Below are positions 25,475-38,431 of a stretch of 64,000 nucleotides of DNA, in pieces. The stretch covers positions 128,001-192,000 of the forward strand of contig OZ253449.1 of the NCBI GenBank assembly GCA_965261345.1, in the 5' to 3' direction. Made by a program: the position numbers and the translations under genes. Under the pieces are notes generated by a model, which searched no databases, was not told the DNA's origin, and saw nothing but the letters and a program-made list of their open reading frames with translations. Source of the DNA: Chloroflexota bacterium. GTDB taxonomy: Bacteria; Chloroflexota; UBA11872; VXNJ01. Every line of letters begins with the position of its first letter. Within the stretch, counting starts at the first letter, position 1.

Positions 25475-25759
25475 TCGTTTCAACCGGCTGCCGCGTCCGC
25501 GCCGCGGACGGTGTTGACGCGAGCGCGCCCCTTTTTGGCAGACTTGGCTTAGATGACCGAGTCCCTTCCCGCAGCGGCCGATAGACCAAATTGCCGGGGG
25601 ACCGTGCAACTGCTTTGGCGACGGCCGCCGGATTTATATTTGGCATAAGGAAACCACGGATGTGGAACAAAGTGTTGGCGGTTGTGGACCCGTCCGAAAA
25701 GGGTTGCACCCTTTTAGCCGGCGTCGCCACAACCTGGTCGGAGCGAAGCGGGAGCGAAT

Positions 25760-26923
25760 ATGAATACGGCGGAAGATTCTGATTACCGGCCGCTGGCTGA
25801 CGTGCGCAAGAGCCTGCGGATCGAATGGTACCGGTCCCCGATCGACCGGACCGTCTTAAAGGAACTTTCGCGCCGCAGCGACTTCCAGGGTTGGGTGCAG
25901 GCCGGAGGCCACTTGGGCCTTTTTGCGTTCTTGGGTGCCCTGACCTACTTTTTCTGGTGGCACCAGATCTGGGTCGGATTCGCGCTGGCGCTATTTATCC
26001 ACGGCACGATCGGGAGCTTTTTCGTCGGCGTCGCCCCGCACGAGCTCGGCCACGGATCGGTGTTTCGGACCAAATGGCTAAACAGGTGGTTTAACTACGT
26101 CTTTTGCATGCTGGGTTGGTATGACCCCTTCGATTACAACGCCAGCCACACGTTTCACCACCGCTACACCCTGCACCCCGACGGCGACCGCGAGGTGCTG
26201 CTGCCGCTCAAGCCGACGGTGGGCAAATTCTTCCTGCTGCAGTTGTTTACGGTAAATTTCTTCACGCAGCCGGGACGGACCCTTGCCAAAGGGGGCCTGA
26301 TTTCGACCATCATCTTCACGGTCCGCACCGCATTGGGCCTGCACGGTCCGCAAGAAATCCCCTCCAATGAATGGTTAAAAGCGGTCCACGCCGACCAGCC
26401 GGCCGAATTCCGCAAGTCGATCCTCTGGGCTCGCTGGCAGCTGGCATTCCATGCCGCGATCGCGGTGGTCGCCGTCGCGACGGGGCAGTGGGTTTTGCCG
26501 ATCATCCTCACCTTCTTCCCCTTCATCGCCAACTGGGCCCAGTACTTCGTCGGCCTTCCCATGCACTGCGGGTTGAAGGACAATACGCCCGACTTTCGCA
26601 AGTGCGTTCGCAATATGACCGTAATTTGGCCGCTCGAATTTATCTATTGGCGCATGAACTGGCATCTTATACACCACATGTACGCCGGGGTGCCGTGCTA
26701 CAACCTCAAGAAGCTACATCAGGCAATCTCGAGTGACGTGCCCGAACCGCATACCCTGATCAGCGCCTGGCGCGAGATGTTCTACATTTGGGACCGCCAA
26801 AAGGAAGACCCCGACTACCAGTTCGACACGCCCCTGCCGGCGACCGCGAGACGGATCCGCGAAGACCCGCAAGACGAACTGGACAGGTCAATCGGCGACC
26901 TGGCGCCCGAAGGCCTGCGCTAG
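25760..26923 (+). CDS. Membrane fatty-acid desaturase family protein (paralogue)
   Basis: His boxes HELGH, HTFHH, HLIHH; colinear with the previous gene. Confidence 0.9.
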   Translation: MNTAEDSDYRPLADVRKSLRIEWYRSPIDRTVLKELSRRSDFQGWVQAGGHLGLFAFLGALTYFFWWHQIWVGFALALFIHGTIGSFFVGVAPHELGHGSVFRTKWLNRWFNYVFCMLGWYDPFDYNASHTFHHRYTLHPDGDREVLLPLKPTVGKFFLLQLFTVNFFTQPGRTLAKGGLISTIIFTVRTALGLHGPQEIPSNEWLKAVHADQPAEFRKSILWARWQLAFHAAIAVVAVATGQWVLPIILTFFPFIANWAQYFVGLPMHCGLKDNTPDFRKCVRNMTVIWPLEFIYWRMNWHLIHHMYAGVPCYNLKKLHQAISSDVPEPHTLISAWREMFYIWDRQKEDPDYQFDTPLPATARRIREDPQDELDRSIGDLAPEGLR

Positions 26924-27088
26924 AGAGAGATTTTCGGGCGCATAGCGCTCAACCTCCGATTACCCTGGCGTGGATACGCCGGCACAGTTCGGTTGGCGCG
27001 CCGATGGCGGCGGGGATCGCGTACTTGGCCTTGGTTAGGTGGCTGTTGGCCTTCTCTATCGGCAGCCGGACTATTGGCCAGGGGGTTT

Positions 27089-27870
<782 letters not shown>

Positions 27871-27945
27871 TCAAGGTTGAGATTGGCGTCGGGTCCAATC
27901 GGAAATTCGCGTCAAATCCTGGGGCGCGGACGGCACTGATCAGGG

Positions 27946-28359
27946 TTACCGGGCTGCGCTGGCGCTCTCGAATGAGATCACTATCAGCTGCCGCAGCACC
28001 TGCGCGTCAACGTCCGCCAATTTGTTTATGTAAAGACATGCTGTGCTCGTGCGGTGCTTTCCGAGCCGGTCCATAAGTTGTTGATGGCCTTCGCGACCAT
28101 CGATGATGTAAAGCGTCAGGTTTTGCTTGCGCGGCGAAAAGCCGGTCAGGAACATATCGCCCTCGCGGCCCGATTCGTATTTGTAGTGGTAGTCGCCGAA
28201 CCCGATGATGCTCGGACCCCACATATCCGGTTCCAGACCGGTTATTTCCCGCATCATTTCCAGTACTTTTAATCCGTCCTCGCGCCGCCGCCGGTTCTGG
28301 ATCGCGGCCAGGAATTCATCGACGCTGGCGCCGGTCTTGCGGGTCTTGTTTTCAGCCAC
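27946..28359 (-). CDS. DUF1801 family protein
   Basis: MWGPSIIGFGDYHYKYESGREGD..GFSPRK, LGKH....CLYINKL. Confidence 0.88.
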   Translation of the reverse strand: MAENKTRKTGASVDEFLAAIQNRRRREDGLKVLEMMREITGLEPDMWGPSIIGFGDYHYKYESGREGDMFLTGFSPRKQNLTLYIIDGREGHQQLMDRLGKHRTSTACLYINKLADVDAQVLRQLIVISFESASAAR

Positions 28360-28529
28360 GGGCCTGCAATCGTTTCCTTTTTACCACCTCAGGTCCGGGA
28401 GCCTTCAAGAGGGTCCCTGGTCCCAATCCGGCCAATCGCGGCGAAGTCGGTTCACGCAAATCTCGACCGGCGCTTCGCATATTGCGGTCCGGTCAGCAAT
28501 CGGCCAGCTGCGGATTTGCAGAAAATTCA

Positions 28530-29601
28530 CTACTGCAGCGCACCGGCTGCGGCGATAGGCCATTCTTCGGCCACCGCACCGTCGCGGCATGCATAGATCG
28601 TTCGGTGCAGCAGCACGGTGCTGTCGGAATAGTGCGGGATGACCTGAATCCGATCCCCGACCTGCAGCCGCTCGCCGCCATCCCGGGCCAGGCTCATATG
28701 CTCGGCGCTAAGCCCCGAACATTGCCAACCGGGCGGGCTCACCACCATCGGATTGCCGGTGTGCCGGCCGGTTGCCTTCCAACCGGCATCGCCGGCCGCC
28801 CGCTGCGGATTGGCGGCCGATATCACCTGGCAGATCAGACTTAGCGCGCGGCGGTGGCCCTCTACACCCATTTGCTCGTAGGTCACATCCATCAATGCGG
28901 CTCCGCCCGCCTGCAGTTCGGTGAGCACCCCTTGGGCGAGCACGAACCGATAGTTGCCGCTGCTGCCGCCGGACAGTACCCCGATCTCGTGGCCTGCTTC
29001 CTGGCACAGGTCGCCGGCGTTATTGAGGATGGCGGCCGAATTTGCGGCCTCGCGTTCCATTTCTTCTTCCGGCATGTGCATCACGTGGCCTTCATAACCC
29101 ATCAGGCCACGCAAGCGAACCCCGGAAAGATCGGATACGAGGCTTGCACAGCGGAGGCGCTTCTGCTGGCGTAACGCCACAACGGTGCAGGTTCACGTCG
29201 ATGTCCACCAGCACGTCGATAACGACTCCGGCGGCCGTGTCCGCGGCCCCAATTTCCCGGATATTGCTTTCATCCTCGGCGGCAACGCAAAGGGTTGCCG
29301 ACCGCGCCACCTCGATGAGGCGCTCGATCTTGGCCTTGCCGATGACCTCGTTGGCAATGAGGATGTCACTGACCCCGCCCCGGACCATCACCAGTGCCTC
29401 GGAGGCCTTGGCGCAGGTTATTCCGACCGCGCCGGCTTCTATCAGGCGCAGCGCCAGGGCCGGCGCCTTGGAGGCTTTAACGTGCGGGCGCCAAACAATG
29501 CCGGCATCGGTACAACTGGCCACCATCAAGCGCGCATTGTGGTCCAGCGCGTCCAGGTCCAACAGCAACGCGGGCGTGTCCAGTTCCTGCGGCGTTCTCA
29601 T
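28530..29601 (-). pseudogene. DSD1/D-threonine aldolase-like PLP enzyme, frameshift ~29180
   Basis: LDTPALLLDL, RPHVKASK, GLMGYEGH, TELQAG, LSAEH. Confidence 0.85.
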
Positions 29602-29892
29602 CTCTGCCCCCGGTCGTGGCAATCGTAACGGAGGCGCGCGCCCTGGATTACCGGCCGGGCGCCGCCACCCACGTCGATCACCGGGGCCGACTGCGGCTTC
29701 TCCACGTTGGCAATCTACAGGACCGAGGCCCATCCCACGGTGGCATAGGCCAATTCCCGGGCCATGGCCCAAGGCGCGCCGATTGCGAATGACCAACTCT
29801 GGGGCCCAGGTTATGAGGCGGGATCACACGTCCCCGGGGACCCGGCTCCCGAGCCGGAATCCGGAATGACGGTGGGGCGAGCCTATGGTAAA

Positions 29893-29921
29893 TTGACAGG
29901 GCGCGAAGGCTCGGTTACGCT
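29893..29921 (+). promoter_or_regulatory. Sigma70-like promoter of the phosphotriesterase-like gene
   Basis: TTGACA-17 nt-TACGCT. Confidence 0.55.
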
Positions 29922-30005
29922 GCGTGGTGCCCCAGCCTCGAACGACCGGGGGGCCGGGACCGGAGCTTTGCGCCGAGCTGCGGCTACCCATCACAGACAC
30001 GAGGT

Positions 30006-31079
30006 ATGTCGATGAGAGACGGACCAATGGCTGGGAAGGTGCAGACCGTTCAAGGGCCGATGGCCCCCGATGAACTGGGTATAACGCTCGCGCACGAGCA
30101 CCTGCTGATCGACCTGTCGCCAACCTACAACCCGCCCACCGGGGCCAGCGATCTTGACTTTTGGGAGAAACCGGTCTCAATCGAGACGTTGGGCCGCATC
30201 CGGCACCACTCCTCGCGCAATAGGGACAACACGATCCTGAGCGACATCCCCACCGCCGTGGACGAGATCAACCTATACCGGCAGTACGGGGGCGGGTCGC
30301 TCGTCGAGGCCACCAGCAACGGCATCGCACGCGACCCCCTCGGGCTGGCCCGAATCTCCCGTGCAACCGGTGTGAACGTGATAATGGGGTCATCGTACTA
30401 CGTAGACGCCACACATCCGCCCGATATGGACAGCCGCAGCGAGGAGGCTATCCAGGAGGAGATAGTGCGGGATGTAAACGACGGGGCGCAGGGTACGGCC
30501 ATACGGTCCGGCGTCATCGGGGAGATCGGTTGCTCGTGGCCCCTGACGGACAACGAGCGGAAGGTACTGCGCGCCTCGGCTCGCGCCCAGCGGATGACCG
30601 GAGCCCCGCTTCTCATACATCCCGGAAGGGACGAGACCGCGCCGCTGGAGATCCTAGAGGTACTAGATGAGGCGGGCGCCGACCTCAGTCGGACCATCAT
30701 GGGACACCTAGACCGCACCGTGTTTCTGCGAGAAATCCTGGGCCGGATCGCCGAATCGGGATGCTACCTGGAATGGGATCTGTTCGGCAGGGAGGAATCC
30801 CTGTACGCTTTCAACCCCAACATCGACATGCCCAGCGACGCCAAGCGGATGGACGACATCGCGTGGGCCGCGTCGAAAGGCCACGGCCGGAAGATCGTGG
30901 TGGCCCACGACATCTGCTCAAAGTACCGGCTCCACCGGTACGGTGGCCACGGATACTACTATCTGCTGGGCAACATAGCCCCAAGGATGAGCGCGCGCGG
31001 ATTCCCGTCCGAGCTGGTGGACGACATATTCGTCAACAACCCCCGCGACATCCTGACGTTTGTCGAGCCGCGGACCTGA
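30006..31079 (+). CDS. Phosphotriesterase-related amidohydrolase
   Basis: TLAHEHL, GEIG, IHPG, GHLDR, HDIC; start may be at 30027. Confidence 0.92.
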   Translation: MSMRDGPMAGKVQTVQGPMAPDELGITLAHEHLLIDLSPTYNPPTGASDLDFWEKPVSIETLGRIRHHSSRNRDNTILSDIPTAVDEINLYRQYGGGSLVEATSNGIARDPLGLARISRATGVNVIMGSSYYVDATHPPDMDSRSEEAIQEEIVRDVNDGAQGTAIRSGVIGEIGCSWPLTDNERKVLRASARAQRMTGAPLLIHPGRDETAPLEILEVLDEAGADLSRTIMGHLDRTVFLREILGRIAESGCYLEWDLFGREESLYAFNPNIDMPSDAKRMDDIAWAASKGHGRKIVVAHDICSKYRLHRYGGHGYYYLLGNIAPRMSARGFPSELVDDIFVNNPRDILTFVEPRT

Positions 31080-31121
31080 GATTCCACGCCGTTGACACCC
31101 CTGTACCTTGTATGTTCCAAA

Positions 31122-31275
31122 TGGGAAGTCCCGGGTGCGGTAGGGCGCCTGTACCTTGGTCCATTGAGACCGTTTTAAAGCACGCTCGCCGCACCCGGAT
31201 CTCCCGGCGCATAGACCCCGAACAATTGCTCGGTGGGCTCTAGACCCCGTATTCGCAAGGAAGGGCGTAGCGTCG
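31122..31275 (+). ncRNA. Predicted bridge RNA of IS110-D
   Basis: 31148-31158 cctgtaccttg is identical to the junction at 31100-31110; acaattgct (31222-30) is identical to the right end. Confidence 0.85.
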
Positions 31276-31288
31276 GGAGTAACTATAG

Positions 31289-32248
<960 letters not shown>

Positions 32249-32984
32249 ACGCCTGGCAGGTCCGATCGCTCTTGCGGGCAAGGTCCCTGGCGAAGCCATG
32301 CCCGGGATCGGGCTATTGCGGCGATTACGCATCCGGTTATCGCCTGTCGATCGGGCTGCGGTCACTATGAACCGCGGTCGGGGCGCTGGATCTATCCTCC
32401 CCTTTCTCCTGGACCCCTCTGACCCCACCTCTGCCGGAATTGACAATCAAGACAATTGCTTTTAAGAGCTTCATTCGCCCAGGCGACCACGGTATGCGCG
32501 GTGCCTTGCTTGTGGCAAACGTAGTCAGGTCGGCTGGCCGGGAGTAACCAATCGCCCCTCGTGCCTTATTGAATATCTTGGGGGGACCAGTACCTCGGCC
32601 AGAGCTGGCCGCGGTGGATGCCCGGTGGAGAGATCGCGTTTGGCTCTAAGTCCGTGGCGGTCGCAGAACCGGCGCATCGACGAGCAGGAGACTGAGATGC
32701 CGCGCTCGATCAGCAGTTCATGGATGCGGGTGAGCTGGAGCCTGTCGGTCTGGAGCCACTGCTTTATTTTCTCGGTGTGGGTCAAGGGGTGTCGGCGGCC
32801 GGGGTGATGACCCCAGTCGGGGTGGTCAGGTTGAGCGCGGTCAGTTTGGCCAACTGGTCGTCGGTCGGATCGGGGCCGCCGGGCTGAAGGCCCAGTTCCT
32901 GGGCGGCGTTTACATAGCGCCGCACGGTGTCGCGGACGCGGCTTGAGATCTTGGTGATCAACGACAACTATTCTGTCCGGTTCC

Positions 32985-34664
32985 CGTTGCCTCACCAAAA
33001 AATGTAACCGAAATTTGGGACCGTTTATTTGACTCCGATTGGCGCGATTTCACTTACGATTTCGGCGTTCTCAACCGCACCATCAGCACCGTTTACGACT
33101 CCGTATACAAGCTCTTTGGCCATCACCGACCGCCATTGCTTGAGCCTTCGCTGCAACGTCCGCAGCTGCTTGGGCCCGACGGCGTCGGGGTGATCACGCA
33201 TGAGCACTTTCAGGATCTGCATGCCGCTGGCGTCGGGATGATCCTGCAGGTAGGTAAGCGCCGCGGGCCAGACGTGCTCTAGGGGGTCGGGGCAAGTCCG
33301 CCACCACCTGCGGCGCTTTCGTTTTGGACGGCGGGTCGGATTTGCATCGCCCTCGCGCCACAGATGAGAGAGCTTGGCTAAGGAACTGCGACAGATCATC
33401 CTTTTGCACCTTGCTTCTTTCCTCGGGCGATGCCAATGTGGCCAGGGCCGACTGGGCCTGGCGGATCTCGCTAAGGAGCAAGAGCGGATCCAGTTGCAAG
33501 CGCGTAGCGCGCAACCCCTCCTTGACCTTTTCGGCAACGGCGGGGTGATCGAGCAGGCGCTGGCAGGGAGTTAGCGGACGGTCGTAGCGCTTTTGGGTTC
33601 TGGCTCCATAGCGCTGCTTGGAGATCAGTTTGAAAGACGGTTGGAAGAAATTGGTGTAGAGACCAACTAAGGCAAAGAGTCGGGCCAGGGTCTGTCCGGC
33701 GATGAGGCCGGCAAAGCGCTCGTAACCGGCAAAGCGTCTGATTACGGCGCCGTTCTTCTGTTCGATGTAGGCCTGATCGTTGGAGCGGTAGGCGCGGGAG
33801 CGGGTGAACTCGATTTCACGCTCTTGGCAGTAATCGATAAGGGTCTGGGAGATAAAGGCGCTGTCGTTGTCAGTATCGATTCCAAGTATTGGCACCGGTA
33901 CCCGCCCGCCTATAACCTCAAGCGCCTCGGTCACAAGCGTCTGCTCCCTTGCCAGCAGCGGGACTGCCTCCACCCAGCCCGAGCACACATCGGTAACCGA
34001 CAGGGACTGGATGAAGCTCCCGGCCATGTTGCCACCACAGTGGGCCACCAGATCTATTTCCAGGTAGCCGGGGTCGGGGCCATGCCAATCGGCAAACGTC
34101 CGGATCGGGACCTTGGCGTGATGACGGTTGCGGCGGCGGGGGTGACGCCGTCGACTGCTGCCGGCGGTCTTGCGGACTGGTTTGAGGAGGCGATCGATCG
34201 ATGCCGGGCTGATCGCGAAGAGCTTGCTTTTAAGGTCCAGATCAAGCTGCAGGTGGCCATGCCCTTCCAGCGATTCGATCAGGCTGGGCAATATCGCTTG
34301 CAACCGTTTGCCGCAGATCCGATCGGCCGCTTCCCAGAGGATGATCAAAGACTCCCTGACGGCCTCGTCGTAGATGCGGTATGAGGACTTGGTGGGCGGT
34401 GCCGGAGCAGGGCTTGCAGCATTGCCCAGCAATCGGGTTGCGTATTTGCGGTTGTGGCCAGATAGAGCCACGAACTCGTTAAGGATTCCGCCCTTGTCGA
34501 TCTTGGACGCCCTCGCATAGCGGCCCCTTAAGGCCGCTAGCAGCTCCTTCCGCACCGCCCGGCTCAGCTTCTTTCCTCGCATCGGTTGCCTCCCTGTGGA
34601 TTTGGGTTACAAATCTAGTGAGGCAACGGCCCTGTTTGGGTTACAAAAACAGTGAGTCAATGCG
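32985..34664 (-). mobile_element. ISNCY-type DDE element; transposase 34582-33025 with a frameshift at ~33378
   Basis: PGYLEIDLVAHCG, DTDNDSAF, NDQAYIEQKN; repeated ggttaca...tgaggcaac end motifs. Confidence 0.85.
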
Positions 34665-35430
34665 CACGAGAACGGGGTGGTCGAGCAGGCCCACCGCCGC
34701 ATCAAGGACGCGGTTCGACAGGCATTGGTCCTGCGCGGCAGCTGCGACTTTACATCGCGCGAGGACTACTACGAATTTGTCAGGGAGGTTGTCGCGCGCA
34801 AGAACCGGCTGGCGGAGCCGAAGTCAGAGATTGAGCGCCCGCACCTCCGACCACTGCCGGCGGCGGCGATTCCCGATTACGTAAATTACCAGGCTCAGGT
34901 GCGCAAATGGAGCACGATCCGAGTGTTAAGCCGCACCTACACGGTACCACCGCGCCTGATCGGACAGAAGGTGGAGGTCCGTCTCTACGCCGACCACCTG
35001 GACGTGTACTACAAGAGCCGATTGGTCGAGCGCCTAGAGCGCGCCACCGGTCCCCAAAGGGCCCGCGTCAATTACCGCCACGTGATCGGATCGCTGGTGC
35101 TTGGAGCCGGGCGCCTTTACCCGCTACCGCTGATGCGAACAGCTTTTTCCCACCCCTACCTTCCGCCGCGCCTACGATGCGCTACAGGGGTGGCGCAGCC
35201 GGCACTCGGCCGACGTCAACTACCTGCGCATCCTGCAATTGGCGGCCACTACCATGGAGGCCGATGTCGATAAGGCCCTGTCCAAACTCTTGGACCAGGG
35301 GAAGCGCTTTGACTGTCAGGACGTGCGTGATCTGGTCGCGCCGCGCTCGCCGTCGATACCCGAGCTAGCATCCTTGGCCACACCCGACCTGGCTGTCTAC
35401 GATCGCCTGCTCTTGCGGGTGAACCGATGA
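34665..35430 (+). pseudogene. istA: IS21 istA, 5'-truncated and frameshifted
   Basis: HENGVVEQAHRRIK, YTVPPRLIG, VNYRHVIGSL. Confidence 0.85.
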
Positions 35431-37945
35431 CCGCGCCGTCAGTTGTCGCCAAACAAATGCAGCTAATGTGCAAGGATCTGCGGCTGCCCACGATCGGGAC
35501 CGAGGCGGTAGAGCGCTTCGTTGACGCCGGACATGTTGATGCGCTGCCCACCCTGCTCGAAGTCTTCCGGCAGGAAATGGACGATCGTTACCAGCGGCGG
35601 GTGGATAGGCTGCGCAAGTCCTCGCGCCTCCCGCCGGGGAAGACCTGGGATAACTTCGAGCAGCAGAAACTGCCGCCGCCGCTCAGGGCCCAGCTGCAAG
35701 ACCTGCTGGAGGGCCAGTTCTTAGATCGTGCCGTCAACGTCCTGGCCTTTGGTCTGCCCGGCACCGGCAAGACCCATGCTCTGTGCGCGATCGGACACAA
35801 GCTGGTCGAATCTGGTGGACGTGTCCCACGGTGTGGTGTGACTAAGCCGTCCTCTACGTTTAGGGGTTCGGCAGCTGCAACTCTACAGAGTTGCAGCTGC
35901 CGGCAGGGCCGGCAGATGGTTGCTGGGGCTTGCTGGGGGAGTTTCGAGTCCTTGGCTGTGACGGCGACTGCCGGTAAGGCGTCCATCATTTTGCCAGTTG
36001 CGACCATGGCGCGGTCGCGGTCATATGGGCTTCCATGGGTCCGAAGGCCGGCCCCGGCCCGTAACGGCTCGCATTCGGGCTCACCGGGCCGGGTTTGTTG
36101 GGAAAGTCGGCCCAATTCGACGCTAGTGATCCTTATTTAGGCCCAGCTAGCGCCAAGCCGGGCGCACGACCTTCCATTTCCCTGGAGGGCGCTACGGCCC
36201 CCGGCGGCGGTTGCTACCCCGCCGGCAATGCCAGCGGGGACTGCCTCTCTCCCGGAGATGGGGGTTGGCCGATTAAGGCCATCGAGTGCCTGGACATATA
36301 GCGGCGCTCGGATGCGAGCCATTCGTCGTTCTGCTCAATTAGGACCGCTCCGATAAGGCGCAGGACCGAGTCATCGTCGGGGAAGAGCTGTACTACCCGG
36401 GTGCGGCGCTTTAGCTCGCCCATAACGCGCTCTAGGGGATTGGTGGACCAGATCTTGCGCCAGTGCGAAGGCGGGAAGGCGGTGTAGGCAGTCAGGGCGA
36501 TCTCGGAGTCCTCGAGGATCGTGGACAGTTCCGGATACTTGCGCTCTAAGCGATTGGCGAAATCTCCGAAGGCGTCCATGGCGCTCTGCTTGTCAGCCTG
36601 CCCAAACAGCGACGCCAGTCCGGCTGCCACCAGCCCGCGGTCGCCGCTTCTGACCCTTGGCAGAAGATTGCGCCCAAAGTGTGTCCTGCACGTCTGCCAG
36701 GCGGCCTCGGGAATAAGCTTTGTCACCGCGTTGCCGATGGCTTGGTTCCCATCGGAGATCACCAGCCGCACGCCGGATAGACTGCGCGTTACCAGGGAGG
36801 CGATCAAGTCCTCCCAGAAGCCCTGCGCTTCGCTGTGGCCGATTGCAAGCCCCAGCAGCTCGCGATGGCCGTTCTCGTTTATGGCCATTGCTATGCCCAC
36901 CGCCCGCGACCTTACCGCATGCGCGTTTCGGGCTTTTACGTAGGTGGCGTCGAGATAGAGGTACGGGAAGGTCGTATGCGCGAGATCGCGTTCGCGGAAG
37001 GCATTGACCAGCTCGTCGATGCCTTTGCAGATCCTTGACACCTCGGACCTGGAGATCCCGGCGTTTACTCCCATCGCCTCCACCAGCTTGTCGACCTTGC
37101 GGGTGGAGACGCCCTTGCTGTAGGCGGTCATGATGACGCCGTAGAGGGCCTGGTCGATGCGGCGCCGCCGCTCCAAGAACTCGGGGTAGTAGCTGCCTTG
37201 GCGCAGCTTGGGCAGGGCAATCTCGATGTCGCCCGCCCGGGTGGAGAGGGTGCGCTTGCGCGAGCCATCAAAGCCGATTGCGACGCTCGCCGTTGCGCTC
37301 GTGCGGTTTGGCGCCGATGTTTTCGGCCAGGCCGGCGTCAATAAGTTCCTGGTAGGCGTGCCGTACGGCGCTGCGGACGAATTCGCTGCTGTCAAACCCT
37401 TGCTTGGCGATAAGGGCAAGCAAGGTCTGATAATCAAGTTGGGCCATCGATGGTTCCTCGACGAAGTAAGTGAATTGACTCCGTAGAGGTTTACACGATG
37501 GCCCTTTGTCATCGCGTTGGCTTAGTTGATCAAGCGGGTGCTCTTACACCACTCCAGGGGACGTGACCAATCTGGTAGATCGGTGCTGTTTGCTCCGGCC
37601 TATCGGTTGGTGCAGGAACTATTGGCGGCCAAGCGCGACCTGGATCTGCCCCGACTCTTGCGCAAGCTCGACTACATCGACTTGATCATCATCGACGACC
37701 TGGGTTACCTGCCGCAGGGGACCGATGAGGCCGAGGTGCTCTTTACCCTGATCGCCGAGCGCTACGAGCGGCGCTCGATCGGAATCTCATCAAACCTGGT
37801 CTTCTCCGAATGGGGCAAGATCTTTCCCAATCCGATGGCCACCGCGGCGGCGGCGGACCGAATCGTCCATCACGCCGTAGTACTTGAATTTGACGTGCCC
37901 AGTTACCGGACCGGGCTTGAAAAAGAGGAGTTAAAGCCGGATTGA
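35427..37945 (+). pseudogene. istB: IS21 istB split by IS256; element right end at 37970
   Basis: GLPGTGKTH before the insertion and IIIDDLGYLPQ after it. Confidence 0.9.
35817..37568 (-). mobile_element. IS256 copy 1; transposase 37447-36214 with a frameshift at ~37270
   Basis: 8-bp TSD aatctggt; TIRs; YLYLDATY, VISDG, STNPLER. Confidence 0.93.
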
Positions 37946-38431
37946 AACCGGCCAAAATAATTGACGCACACCCGGCCAGAGTAATAGGCGTTCTTCACTT
38001 GGCGATGCGGCGCTGGCTCAGGCCCTTTTGCCAGAGCCGGATAAGTACGCGTGTATCCACTCGGAACTCCTCCTGGTAGGCCATGACGGCTCCCGGTTGG
38101 TTGGAACACGGGTAGCCGCAATGGTGATTGATAAGTGCGTTTGCCGGGTGGACTAGTGCCCCTGGCTAAGTGGCCTAATGCCCATGAACATGGGTGGATG
38201 AATTCCGTTGGCTAAGTGGGCGATAGGTGGTGGAGATCGACAAATCTTGGATTATTCGTGCTGTGTGATAAGTCCAATCGGCATCAGCAACGCTTCGCGC
38301 GAATGATTCAACATAATCGCCACTATGTCGATTACGGTAGTTACCAACACGCTGCGGCGTTGATTCGAGGGTGGTCTGCTACATCGAATCGCTTGGGCAA
38401 AAGCAATACCCACCCAGGTGCTGGCGCCTGT

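Larger units (their letters stand above)
32955..37997. mobile_element. IS21-like shell with only ~30-bp termini retained
   Basis: TIRs tgatcaacgacaactattctgtccgg and tgaagaacgcctattactctggccgg; TSD cttgg at 32950-54 and 37998-38002. Confidence 0.7.
32525..38242 (-). mobile_element. Degenerate IS21-like element (istA N-terminal pieces at 38084-37998 and 32954-~32640) split by nested insertions
   Basis: MAYQEEFRVD...SQRRIAK / KISSRVRDTVRRYV; homologous to 54919-55476. Confidence 0.7.

Noticed and set aside
37270-37512. ORF-track N-terminus of the IS256 transposase
   Set aside because: The true N-terminus MAQLDYQ (37447) is in another frame, as shown by copy 2
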